64,000 bases of DNA, taken from assembly GCA_964604655.1 (NCBI GenBank), contig CAZRZY010000004.1, forward strand, positions 11,656 through 75,655, written 5' to 3'. The DNA comes from an uncultured Bacteroides sp. Lineage in GTDB: Bacteria; Bacteroidota; Bacteroidia; Bacteroidales; GCA-2748055. Each line of letters starts with the position of its first letter. Within the stretch, counting starts at the first letter, position 1. The translations under genes and the position numbers were made by a program. This document shows positions 28,753 through 37,457 of the stretch, one piece after another. The notes beneath the pieces are model-generated. The model worked only from the letters and a program-made list of their open reading frames with translations. It ran no database searches and was not told the DNA's origin.

Positions 28753-29619
28753 CTATTTATCTCCCGTAAGATAGTGCTCAATCAACTCTTTCGTTTCCTT
28801 TATGTGTCCTCGAGAAGATGCACCAAAAAGGACAGATTCAATCTTACTGAACTGGGCCAGATACTCGATAGCCTCCCGCGGGCCTAGCGCTCCTGCAGCA
28901 AGCACCTGCATGGCAATGGGCCTGAATTGCCTTTCTTTCAAGGTCCTCCCATAAGAGTCCATACCTCCTGACATACGAAATCCAATTTTGTTGATGGAGC
29001 TGCAGATGATGGGATTCTTTATCCCGACACTCTCAAGAACATCCAGAAGGAATGGAAGGTTCATAGTAATATATCCCGGTTCGGCATTATACTTTCGAGT
29101 GATGTATTTGTGGTATTCAAGAAACACGTCTTTCATTCCGAGTCCGAGGATCATATCCGTTAAAACATTTTGTATGAAGATAACGGGAGTATCAATCCCC
29201 CTGAACATTTTCATCTCCGCATCAATGAACAATTCCATCATCTTCAATACATCCTTCTTGGCGAATGCTATGCCTCCCTTTGCAAAGGTGGTAAATACAT
29301 TTCCAGGAAGGTACTCCTTAATGGTACCTATATAGCCCAGTTCTGTGATCGCATTCACATATTTATGTGCATAAGGCATACAGGGATAGATCTTGAATCC
29401 CTTGTACTGAGCAGGATTCTTCCGTATATATTCAGTGATATTACCAATCCTGTCATGAGTTGTGCACATGAAGGTGTTTATGCCTAATTCAATCGCCGAA
29501 TCCAATACTTTGATGATAGCTTCATCGGTCTTGAACCTGATAGCCTGTACCCTAGATTTCTCGTCGGAAAGGTGGTTGACGGCGAAGAATTGATTGTCTC
29601 CAAATAGTACTTTGTCCAT
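28753..29619 (-). CDS. Hypothetical protein (orphan; alternating beta/alpha pattern, possibly TIM-barrel-like)
   Basis: 288-aa ORF tightly packed between neighbours (5-nt and 10-nt gaps). I recognise no family motif. Confidence 0.7.
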   Translation of the reverse strand: MDKVLFGDNQFFAVNHLSDEKSRVQAIRFKTDEAIIKVLDSAIELGINTFMCTTHDRIGNITEYIRKNPAQYKGFKIYPCMPYAHKYVNAITELGYIGTIKEYLPGNVFTTFAKGGIAFAKKDVLKMMELFIDAEMKMFRGIDTPVIFIQNVLTDMILGLGMKDVFLEYHKYITRKYNAEPGYITMNLPFLLDVLESVGIKNPIICSSINKIGFRMSGGMDSYGRTLKERQFRPIAMQVLAAGALGPREAIEYLAQFSKIESVLFGASSRGHIKETKELIEHYLTGDK

Positions 29620-29624
29620 TCTGG

Positions 29625-30638
29625 TTATGATATTTTATAATTTCTGAGCATATTGATAACCGTGTCGGTATTTAAAGCCGCTGCAAACGAACTCTTATTG
29701 GCCGGATTATTATCCTTTATACTTCGGGCGAAATAATCGATCTGTGCAGAATACTCTTCACCGCGCAGATAAAAGTCGACCGTCTCGGTAAGATCAGTAA
29801 TATACTTAATGGTCCATCCCTGTTCCAACCCAAACTTTTTATTCTCCTTTTTGAGAAATATCTTCAACTCCTGAGCATCAGAGATGATTTTTCCCTCCGT
29901 ACCCATTACCGACAACTGAGTGGACATCTTCCGGTATGTTTCATCACTCCAGTTTACCAGGAGATTCCCGCTGATCCCATTTTCCAGAATCAATGTGGAG
30001 TATACCGCATCTTCCACCCCACTGGAATAGATACTCTTTAGCTGTGTTCCGTCCACCTTCTGAATATTACCGACGATAAACTCGATCAAATTTATCACAT
30101 GCGAGGCGTAATCATAGAGACACCCTCCCCCTTCAGAGCTCTTAGACCTCCAGGTGCCCCCTTTCTTTCTCGTAACAACCGGACCATAAGCCTCTCCCTG
30201 GAAATGATATATATCACCCAGAATGTTCTCTGCCAGAAGTTTCTTAAAAAAGTTGAAGGTTCCTATAAAACGATTGTGGTAGCCCACCTGATTAATCAGG
30301 TTTTTCTCTTCTGCAAGCTTTGTAATCTCTTTACCTTCTGAAACATTCAGACTGAAAGGTTTCTCACAAAAAACATGTATCCCCCTCTCTAGGGCAGCTT
30401 TTACGATATCGTAATGAGACTTGGTCGGGGTGGCTACAAACAGGCAATTCAACTCCTCCTTTTCCAGCATTTCACGAAAATCTGTATAACCCTTCACGGA
30501 GGAATACTTTTTAAATACATCCAGTACGAGTGTGGAAGTATCACATACTGCCACAAGTTCTAATTCAGGATGTGCATTGACAATTGCACAATGAGAAATT
30601 CCCATTTTTCCTAAACCAATCACACTTGTTCTTATCAT
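29625..30638 (-). CDS. Gfo/Idh/MocA family NAD(P)-dependent oxidoreductase
   Basis: The N-terminal Rossmann motif is VIGLGKMGISH, followed by VAVCD. The EKP motif is HVFCEKPFSL. 337 aa. Confidence 0.85.
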   Translation of the reverse strand: MIRTSVIGLGKMGISHCAIVNAHPELELVAVCDTSTLVLDVFKKYSSVKGYTDFREMLEKEELNCLFVATPTKSHYDIVKAALERGIHVFCEKPFSLNVSEGKEITKLAEEKNLINQVGYHNRFIGTFNFFKKLLAENILGDIYHFQGEAYGPVVTRKKGGTWRSKSSEGGGCLYDYASHVINLIEFIVGNIQKVDGTQLKSIYSSGVEDAVYSTLILENGISGNLLVNWSDETYRKMSTQLSVMGTEGKIISDAQELKIFLKKENKKFGLEQGWTIKYITDLTETVDFYLRGEEYSAQIDYFARSIKDNNPANKSSFAAALNTDTVINMLRNYKIS

Positions 30639-31017
30639 TATGTTCTTGTTAGAATTGATTGTTAGATGAAGTATCGTTCAAGAAAATAAAACTAGCTATT
30701 TTACTTCTACTATTAGATCTCTTACGGAGAAGGATTTGAAAAGTTTCCAGTCTTTCATCATTACTCATCTCATCATAACCCGGACCTGCTCAAACTCATA
30801 TAAATATCTACAAAAACCTCTTAACCTAAACACACCAATCATAACGGTTTTTTGCCTGATAAAGACCTTGATGAGAGAAACTTTATTATCGATGTACTCC
30901 TGGGAGAGTTTATGAAAAACAGTGCCCCGGGGATGTTCATCTACGTAATGATCCCATCCGGAATACAATTCTCTGGGTAACGATTCACACTGAGATGCCG
31001 TGGCATACCAATTAGTC

Positions 31018-32466
31018 TCAAAGCAATTGCGATTGATATTGATCGACGATATCCCCGATCACCATGGTCCTGCTTCCCTCGCGAAGCATTTTGGAGGTAT
31101 AGTAGGTTAACAGGGAGGTATGAATCAGATCAACTGCCGGATATAATGATTCCTTCCTGCCATCCAGGATAGATCTAAAATTACTGTACATTCTTGAATG
31201 ACCCTTATCCCTCCTTATCCTGCGTTTATGAATCCTCCGGCCATTGGACCTGACATGTTGTAACCACAAATAATCATTGATAGTAATGGTTTGGTTACCA
31301 TAGCGGATTTCAATCTTTTCCTGTACCCCCCTCATGGAGTTACCCTGATCTGAGGCGGTAATATTTAGAATCGATCCATTCCTGTACAGCACTGAAATAG
31401 ATGCACTCTCCGTATCCTCAGCATCCGCCATAACAGTTAGTTCTAAAGGTGTGCTCTGGATCCAATACTGAGCCAGATCGAACCAATGTACCACATTTCC
31501 GGTAACCCTTGTTCCCTGGTTTTTCCATAGATACCAGTGATTGGGACTAATAAGGACCTCTTTGATCGAACATGATACAATCACTCGTTCGCCTGTAAGA
31601 GCCCTCTTTACATACCCATTGAATGGAATGAATCTCCGGTTGAAGCCGATTTCGATGGAGGCTCCATCGTTATAGAGTCTGATGAGCCGATCCAAATCCT
31701 CCAGAGTGACCGTAGGAGGTTTTTCAATGAATATCTGACTATTCGGATTGCACTGATATACCTGTTCGGCCAGTAACGCGTGGTCTGAATGATAGGTGGC
31801 GATAATAACTGCAGGTTTACCGGTGGAACGGATCAACGGGAAAGAGCTTTGAGGAACCAGAAAACCGTGCCGGAATCCATAGCGCTTCTGGAAATCCCAT
31901 GTAATTTTTGACTTATAGTCCACGCATGCCACCTTTTCAGCCTTGCGGAAATGATGCATGATGAACATTTTCACGTATCCACCCAGCCCGAATATGAACA
32001 AACCTTTTTCAGAAGAGCCTGCCGGAGGATGTTGCCGTATGGCAAAACTGACCGGCTGTACCGACTCTGCACATATCCCTGAATAATCCAGTTTCCCGGC
32101 GAATTGATTGAATTGTTCCAGGTATTTTTCCAGATCCAGCCGGATCTCATCATGATTGAAATCCAGATCCGGGTAAAACCGGTTTTCAATCACAAAGTCC
32201 GACGGGGATCTCTGACTTTGAACCGACAGGTTCACATAGCTCTTTCCCCGACTCGTTACCCTTAAGATGGTAAAAAATCTGACCTGTTCCTGCTTATGCG
32301 CGAATACTTTCCGAAGGGTGCTGACAATGCCTTCCCTGGCAAAGAAATAGAGCAGTTTCAGATATTGATTATCGAACTCGGGGCGATCCCTGTCGCGATT
32401 CTCAAACTGGAATACCTCTTTTATGTCAGTTCCCTCCAAACAGGAGTATCTCACCAGATCCTTCAT
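31018..32466 (-). CDS. Gfo/Idh/MocA-like oxidoreductase with an unassigned ~160-aa N-terminal domain
   Basis: 482 aa. A Rossmann-like segment GLFIFGLGGYVKMF begins near aa 165, and the EKP motif is IFIEKPPTVTLEDL. I recognise no motif in the N-terminal 160 aa. Confidence 0.75.
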   Translation of the reverse strand: MKDLVRYSCLEGTDIKEVFQFENRDRDRPEFDNQYLKLLYFFAREGIVSTLRKVFAHKQEQVRFFTILRVTSRGKSYVNLSVQSQRSPSDFVIENRFYPDLDFNHDEIRLDLEKYLEQFNQFAGKLDYSGICAESVQPVSFAIRQHPPAGSSEKGLFIFGLGGYVKMFIMHHFRKAEKVACVDYKSKITWDFQKRYGFRHGFLVPQSSFPLIRSTGKPAVIIATYHSDHALLAEQVYQCNPNSQIFIEKPPTVTLEDLDRLIRLYNDGASIEIGFNRRFIPFNGYVKRALTGERVIVSCSIKEVLISPNHWYLWKNQGTRVTGNVVHWFDLAQYWIQSTPLELTVMADAEDTESASISVLYRNGSILNITASDQGNSMRGVQEKIEIRYGNQTITINDYLWLQHVRSNGRRIHKRRIRRDKGHSRMYSNFRSILDGRKESLYPAVDLIHTSLLTYYTSKMLREGSRTMVIGDIVDQYQSQLL

Positions 32467-32472
32467 TGTTAC

Positions 32473-33432
32473 TTAAATACTGATATCCTTGATGATCGGA
32501 TGATATTCCCCGGTCAGTCCCACCGGCTCAGTATTCCGGATGTGGTAGACGGTTTCGATCGAATTTCGGGCTGCATCCACACCATATCCGTTGCCTGCCA
32601 GAATATGATCATAGGAGACAGTATGCAGGTCGGTAAAACCTCCGCTGAATTCGATCTCAGTCCCGTTCACTGTGATGGATCGGAATGTTCTTTTTCCGGT
32701 CTCTTTGACCTGGGCGGGAATATCATTGTAATCGATACTGAGGAACCAACGGACCCGTGCACGCTCCAGTTCCAGTACCCCGGCTGCTTTATCCTTCTTA
32801 AGAAAATTGACCCTGTTTTCCTTCACATTGCCGAATATCCAGGTAAGCATGTCAAAAAAATGCACTCCAATATTGGTGGCGATTCCCCCGGATTTTTCCA
32901 CATCTCCTTTCCAGGAGTAATGGTACCAGTTTCCCCGGCTGGTTATGTAGGAGAGGTCGATATCGTAGGTTTTATCGGGTGGATCATTCATTACCCGCTC
33001 CCTCAGATCCAGTATGGACTGGTGATGCCTGAGCTGCAAAATGTTCCACACTTTTCCTCCGGTCTCCTCCTCATAGTCCTTCAGGGCATCAATATTCCAG
33101 GGATTCAAAACCAGAGGTTTTTCACAGATGGCGTCCGCTTCGTTTCGCAAAGCAAAGCGTATATGGGAATCATGAAGATAATTGGGCGAGCAGATAGATA
33201 CATAGTCGACTTTGGTACCCATGCGGTTCAGCTTGGCGATATGCCTGTCAAACCTTTCAAACTCGGTGAAGAAATCGTTTTCGGGAAAGTAACTGTCCAT
33301 AAATCCCACACTATCAAACTTGTCCAATGAAGCAACCAGCTCATTTCCTGTCTCCCTGATGGCTCTGACATGCCTTACTGCAATGTATCCGGCGACACCT
33401 ATCATTGCAAAATTCTTTTTCTGTGTACTCAT
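32473..33432 (-). CDS. wbpB: UDP-N-acetyl-2-amino-2-deoxy-D-glucuronate 3-dehydrogenase (WbpB/WlbA-like)
   Basis: NFAMIGVAGYIAVRHVRAIRETGNELVASLDKFDSVGFMDSYFPENDFFTEFERFDRH closely parallels the WbpB N-terminus as I remember it (NFALIGAAGYIAPRH..AIK.TGN.LV...D..DSVG..D......FFTEFE.F). 319 aa. Confidence 0.8.
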   Translation of the reverse strand: MSTQKKNFAMIGVAGYIAVRHVRAIRETGNELVASLDKFDSVGFMDSYFPENDFFTEFERFDRHIAKLNRMGTKVDYVSICSPNYLHDSHIRFALRNEADAICEKPLVLNPWNIDALKDYEEETGGKVWNILQLRHHQSILDLRERVMNDPPDKTYDIDLSYITSRGNWYHYSWKGDVEKSGGIATNIGVHFFDMLTWIFGNVKENRVNFLKKDKAAGVLELERARVRWFLSIDYNDIPAQVKETGKRTFRSITVNGTEIEFSGGFTDLHTVSYDHILAGNGYGVDAARNSIETVYHIRNTEPVGLTGEYHPIIKDISI

Positions 33433-33436
33433 AATA

Positions 33437-34012
33437 CTATCCGATTTTTCTTACCTGGTTGTTCTCAAAATAATATTTCTCTTTACTCTCGGGGCAGACC
33501 GCTATACCCTGTTCATTGAAACGCAGCCGGTGACCATATTCGCTCATCCAACCAACCTGCCGGCCTGGATTTCCTACCACCAGTGCATAGGGCTTCACCT
33601 CTTTGGTGATCACCGCTCCTGCGCCAATAAAGGAGAAGGCTCCAATATCATTACCGCATACCACCGTCGCATTGGCTCCTATGGTGGCCCCCTTCCCCAC
33701 TTGGGTCTTCATATACTCCTCCCTCCTGACAATGGCACTCCGTGGATTGATCACATTGGTGAACACCATGGAAGGCCCCAGGAAGACATCGTCCTCACAG
33801 GTGACTCCGGTATAAATAGATACGTTGTTTTGAACTTTTACATTATCACCCAGCACCACCTCCGGCGATACTACCACATTCTGACCCAGATTACAATTTC
33901 TGCCCATCACACTTCCTGTCATGATATGGGTGAAGTGCCAGATCCTGCATCCTTCACCGATCACGGCCCCCTCATCGATCACCGCGGTTTCATGTGCAAA
34001 ATAGTTATCCAT
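33437..34012 (-). CDS. wbpD: UDP-2-acetamido-3-amino-2,3-dideoxy-D-glucuronate N-acetyltransferase (WbpD/WlbB-like, left-handed beta-helix)
   Basis: H.TA.IDEGA.IG.G.RIWHF.HI, LGQNV.V, V.(I/V)QNNVS(I/V)Y, GPSMVFTNV.NPRS, GAT(I/L)GAN.T(I/V)VCG and G.P.RQ.GWMSE.G are hexapeptide-repeat motifs typical of this subfamily. 191 aa. Confidence 0.82.
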   Translation of the reverse strand: MDNYFAHETAVIDEGAVIGEGCRIWHFTHIMTGSVMGRNCNLGQNVVVSPEVVLGDNVKVQNNVSIYTGVTCEDDVFLGPSMVFTNVINPRSAIVRREEYMKTQVGKGATIGANATVVCGNDIGAFSFIGAGAVITKEVKPYALVVGNPGRQVGWMSEYGHRLRFNEQGIAVCPESKEKYYFENNQVRKIG

Positions 34013-34015
34013 CTT

Positions 34016-35146
34016 CTATGACTTAAAAAATGATTGAATTCCATCTATGATAAAGGCAAGCTGCTCATCGTCCAGCTCGGTATGCATTGGAAGGGACAAT
34101 ACCCGGTGGGAGAGCTCTTCTGCTACAGGAAGATCGCCTTTTTCGTATCCCAGGTCTCCGTATGCATTCTGAAGGTGAAGCGGAACCGGATAATAAACCA
34201 TGGCGGGAATCTCCCTTTTGTTGAGCCAGGTTCGTAATTCATCCCTCGATCTCTCCGGAACCTTCAGAGTATACTGATGAAATACATGGCTGGAAAATGG
34301 GGAGCGTACCGGCACTTCCACTTCCGCGATGGCAGAAAATGCATCATCGTATACACGGGCTGCATGCTGCCTGGCTTTTCGATACTGATCCAGGCGTTTT
34401 AACTTGACCCTCAGGATGGCCGCCTGGATGGTATCGAGTCTGGAATTCACCCCCACAAAATCATAATAGTAGCGCTGCTTCATCCCGTGATTCACCAATG
34501 CCTTCAGCATCTGACCCAGTTGTTCATCCTGGGTGAAAAGGGCCCCTCCGTCGCCAAAACATCCCAGGTTCTTGGAGGGGAAGAAAGAGGTGGTACCAAT
34601 ATGACCCAACGTCCCTGCTTTTGCGGTTTTCCCATCCGAGAAACAATAGTCGGCGCCAATAGCCTGGGCGGTATCCTCCACCACGAACAGGTTATGTGTG
34701 CGTGCTATCTCAAGAATCGCTTCCATATGGGCACACTGACCGAACAGGTGTACCGGTACAATGGCTTTTGTCCGGCCGGTGATCACTGCTTCCAGCTGTT
34801 CAGGGTCCAGATTGAATGTATCGGGCCGCACATCCACCAATACGGGGGTAAGACCCAGCAACTGGATCACCTCAATGGTCGATATGAAAGTAAAAGGAGT
34901 GGTGATGACCTCATCTCCCGGTTTCAGATCAAGGGCCATCATGGCCACCTGTAATGCATCGGTGCCGTTGGCACAGGCAATGGTATGACTGGCTTTCATA
35001 TATTCGGATAACTCATCCTGAAACAGGGAAACCTCTTTTCCCTTGATAAAAGCGGTGGAATCGATCACCTGTTGAATGGCTGTATCGACCTCCTCTTTTA
35101 TATGCAGATACTGCGCATGCAGATCTACCATCTGTATCTTTCTCAT
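34016..35146 (-). CDS. wbpE: DegT/DnrJ/EryC1-family PLP aminotransferase (WbpE-like)
   Basis: ACANGTDAL, GDEVITT.FTF..T, SFFPSKNLGC.GDGGA.FT (PLP Lys) and GVNSRLD..QAAIL are all present. The start is set at M38 (MRKIQMVDLHAQY), where homology begins. The longest ORF (to 35257) would overlap the upstream gene by 97 nt. Confidence 0.85.
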   Translation of the reverse strand: MRKIQMVDLHAQYLHIKEEVDTAIQQVIDSTAFIKGKEVSLFQDELSEYMKASHTIACANGTDALQVAMMALDLKPGDEVITTPFTFISTIEVIQLLGLTPVLVDVRPDTFNLDPEQLEAVITGRTKAIVPVHLFGQCAHMEAILEIARTHNLFVVEDTAQAIGADYCFSDGKTAKAGTLGHIGTTSFFPSKNLGCFGDGGALFTQDEQLGQMLKALVNHGMKQRYYYDFVGVNSRLDTIQAAILRVKLKRLDQYRKARQHAARVYDDAFSAIAEVEVPVRSPFSSHVFHQYTLKVPERSRDELRTWLNKREIPAMVYYPVPLHLQNAYGDLGYEKGDLPVAEELSHRVLSLPMHTELDDEQLAFIIDGIQSFFKS

Positions 35147-35160
35147 TCCTCTGACGTTTA

Positions 35161-36168
35161 TTATTCGGCTAACCGGCTTACCAGCATTTTTTTGATCATG
35201 TGGTAGGTCTCCTCCCCTTTCTTGAGCAATTGATCGTTGGGATCCTTCTGTTCGCAATGGTTCATATACTCCAGGGCCTCCTCACCTGTGAGTTGAGGTA
35301 GGTGCTCCATCATTCCATGTTCCAGAAGGTACCTGTCCACATCCAGCAGTTCATCCTGGTATACCGAAATGGTGGGGATCCCCAGCACCGCCATTTCACG
35401 GGTCATGGTACCTCCTGCACCAATAAAAAGCCTGCATTTAGCTGCGATCTCCTCCAGACTCAGGGCTTTATCCTGGACCACCACCCCACTGAATTTTTCC
35501 TCGCGGTAATGTTTGGCCTGTTCCCCTCCTCTGGGAAGCAGGACTACCTTGACATGCTCTTTAAGGTGAAGGATCATTTCATCCATAAAATTCAGAGCCC
35601 CCTTGTAGTATTGGGCGATCCATGGCTCCGGCCTGATATAGACGTGTTTCTCCTCCGCTGGAGCATATTCGATATTCGCATTCCAGAGATAGATCCCTTC
35701 CTTCACTCCCGGGTACTGAATGATCTTTGATCTTCTGGCCCACTGCTTTTGCGCCTTCCTGGGGTCCAGGAACTCGGGTATCAGGATCCGGGTGGCAAAA
35801 ACAAAAGAGGGAATATTTCCCATCGCATGCTCATTGTCGTTCATGTAGATCACCGGCACCCGCAACAGCCTGGCAGTGATAGGACTGTGAAAGGTGCTCT
35901 GGGAAATGGCCATGTGGATCCTCTTCCTTTTCAGGAACTGGTAGAGCTGTCGCACACGAACAGGATATCCCAGCAGTTTGCTGGTAAACTTACCTCCGTA
36001 ATGCTTTCCCACCACGGTGTACTCGAATCCATGCAGGTCCAGAAGGTCGATCGTATTGGCAAGCGGCCTGCAGGTAATGATCACTTCATGATCCTTCATC
36101 AGATCCCTGATCATTGCTGCAAACAGGTTAATATGAGGAGAATTGGATAAATCAAACCAGATTTTCAT
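35161..36168 (-). CDS. DUF354-family protein (GT-B / epimerase-like fold, function unproven)
   Basis: MKIWFDLSNSPHINLF....RDL...HEV.IT.R......DLLDLHGF.Y.V.GKH.G.K matches the characteristic DUF354 N-terminus as I remember it. 335 aa. Confidence 0.7.
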   Translation of the reverse strand: MKIWFDLSNSPHINLFAAMIRDLMKDHEVIITCRPLANTIDLLDLHGFEYTVVGKHYGGKFTSKLLGYPVRVRQLYQFLKRKRIHMAISQSTFHSPITARLLRVPVIYMNDNEHAMGNIPSFVFATRILIPEFLDPRKAQKQWARRSKIIQYPGVKEGIYLWNANIEYAPAEEKHVYIRPEPWIAQYYKGALNFMDEMILHLKEHVKVVLLPRGGEQAKHYREEKFSGVVVQDKALSLEEIAAKCRLFIGAGGTMTREMAVLGIPTISVYQDELLDVDRYLLEHGMMEHLPQLTGEEALEYMNHCEQKDPNDQLLKKGEETYHMIKKMLVSRLAE

Positions 36169-36266
36169 GTGCTATAACAATTGAGGCAAAAATGAAATAT
36201 CGTTGTTTCTGATGCTAGATATACGCAAACCCGCAAGGAGGGTTACCTGCAACATCACGGATTCAT

Positions 36267-37457
36267 CTATGTTTTCTGAGCTTCCGTCAAATATATGCTC
36301 ATGGCAAAGAACATCCATCCCTGAGCCCATCGCATATAGGGGATCCTGGAAGTACGCGACTTCTTGATCTGGAAGTAGAAATATCCGCTCCTGTCCTGCA
36401 TGTGATCCAAAACCCAGTTCATCACTCTGTCGGCCAGTTCCCGGTGTTCCTTAAACCGCTCCAGTCTGCTCAGGGTAATGATCAGCTGTGCCGGAGCATG
36501 TATATCAATGGGATAGAGTGAATCGTTATAATATCTGCACCTTCCATCGGGTTCAAAGAAGGTCCGAACATAATAGTTGAATCCCTTTTCGATCACCTCC
36601 CTATAGGTATTATTGCCGGAGTATTTCTGGAATTCCCACAGACATTCCAGGTTATATCCGGTATGAAAATTATCGATCCACTGGTGGAACGGAAGCGGGC
36701 TGTAACTCCACGATCCGTCTTCCTTCTGGGCCTTTACCACAAAATCGACCGACCGGGTGGCTTCCTCCATTAAACGTCCATCTCCATTCAGGTGATAGAG
36801 TCTGGCCAGCATCCTGGATCCAAGCAGGGTGGCATTATATACCTGCGACTGATCGAGCGGTGAATAGGAAAAGGAAAAATCTCCCTGGTCATCGTAGGTT
36901 CTGTTCAGGTCCTTCAGCAGGAAATCAGAGACAGAGACAGCTGCATCGAGGAGTCTCTGATCTTCCAGGATTTCATATGCATCCAGCAATGCGTAGCCAA
37001 CAAAGACGGATGCTACGATAGTGGGAGTGTATCTGGGTTGGAAGAATGCTCTCGACTCCCAGTCGAAATTGTATCCCCAGCATGCCCCTGAATACCCCTC
37101 TGTTTTTAATTCCAGCACTTTATCAGCAAGAAAACGGATCTTCTCCAGGTATTCCGGCCGCGGATCGATCCGGTAGAGATAGCAATACCCGTTCAGGAAC
37201 AGACCCACTCCTTTCGGATTGAAATCTTTCTTTACGAGAAACAGCTTTCTCAGATTGACGGGATTCCGCTTAAAGAGCTGGATCCAGGCCAGACGGAAAA
37301 ACCGCACATCCCTGATACCGGGAATTGATTGGAAAACCTTGCTGGTAAGCCCGTCGTAGGGATCCCACCCTCTGAATTCCTCCTTCTCGATCCAGAGTCT
37401 CAGCCGCTCGAGGCTCTTTTCCACTTTAAGGATCATCTCAGCCATCCTCGGAAACAC
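36267..37457 (-). CDS. Hypothetical protein, alpha/alpha-toroid-like (carries a QW-type motif)
   Basis: 396 aa and rich in aromatic helix-cap motifs (GWDPYDGL, CWGYNFDWESR, AQKEDGSWSYSP, YNLECLWEF). QKEDGSW resembles the QW motif of terpenoid-cyclase/prenyltransferase-type toroids. The catalytic role is unknown. Confidence 0.65.
   Translation of the reverse strand: MFPRMAEMILKVEKSLERLRLWIEKEEFRGWDPYDGLTSKVFQSIPGIRDVRFFRLAWIQLFKRNPVNLRKLFLVKKDFNPKGVGLFLNGYCYLYRIDPRPEYLEKIRFLADKVLELKTEGYSGACWGYNFDWESRAFFQPRYTPTIVASVFVGYALLDAYEILEDQRLLDAAVSVSDFLLKDLNRTYDDQGDFSFSYSPLDQSQVYNATLLGSRMLARLYHLNGDGRLMEEATRSVDFVVKAQKEDGSWSYSPLPFHQWIDNFHTGYNLECLWEFQKYSGNNTYREVIEKGFNYYVRTFFEPDGRCRYYNDSLYPIDIHAPAQLIITLSRLERFKEHRELADRVMNWVLDHMQDRSGYFYFQIKKSRTSRIPYMRWAQGWMFFAMSIYLTEAQKT

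Noticed and set aside
30765-30968. 67-aa ORF in the 379-nt spacer
   Set aside because: It is short, uses a TTG start, and has no recognisable domain and no coupling to neighbours. I kept it only as a possible gene remnant in the findings.
32296-33330. 344-aa plus-strand ORF antisense to wbpB and the 3' end of the neighbouring oxidoreductase
   Set aside because: It crosses a gene boundary on the opposite strand and has no motif, whereas wbpB on the minus strand is strongly supported. The same reasoning applies to the shadow ORFs at 37829..38836, 45091..45927, 47256..48062, 58781..59659, 9765..10709 and 61070..61747.
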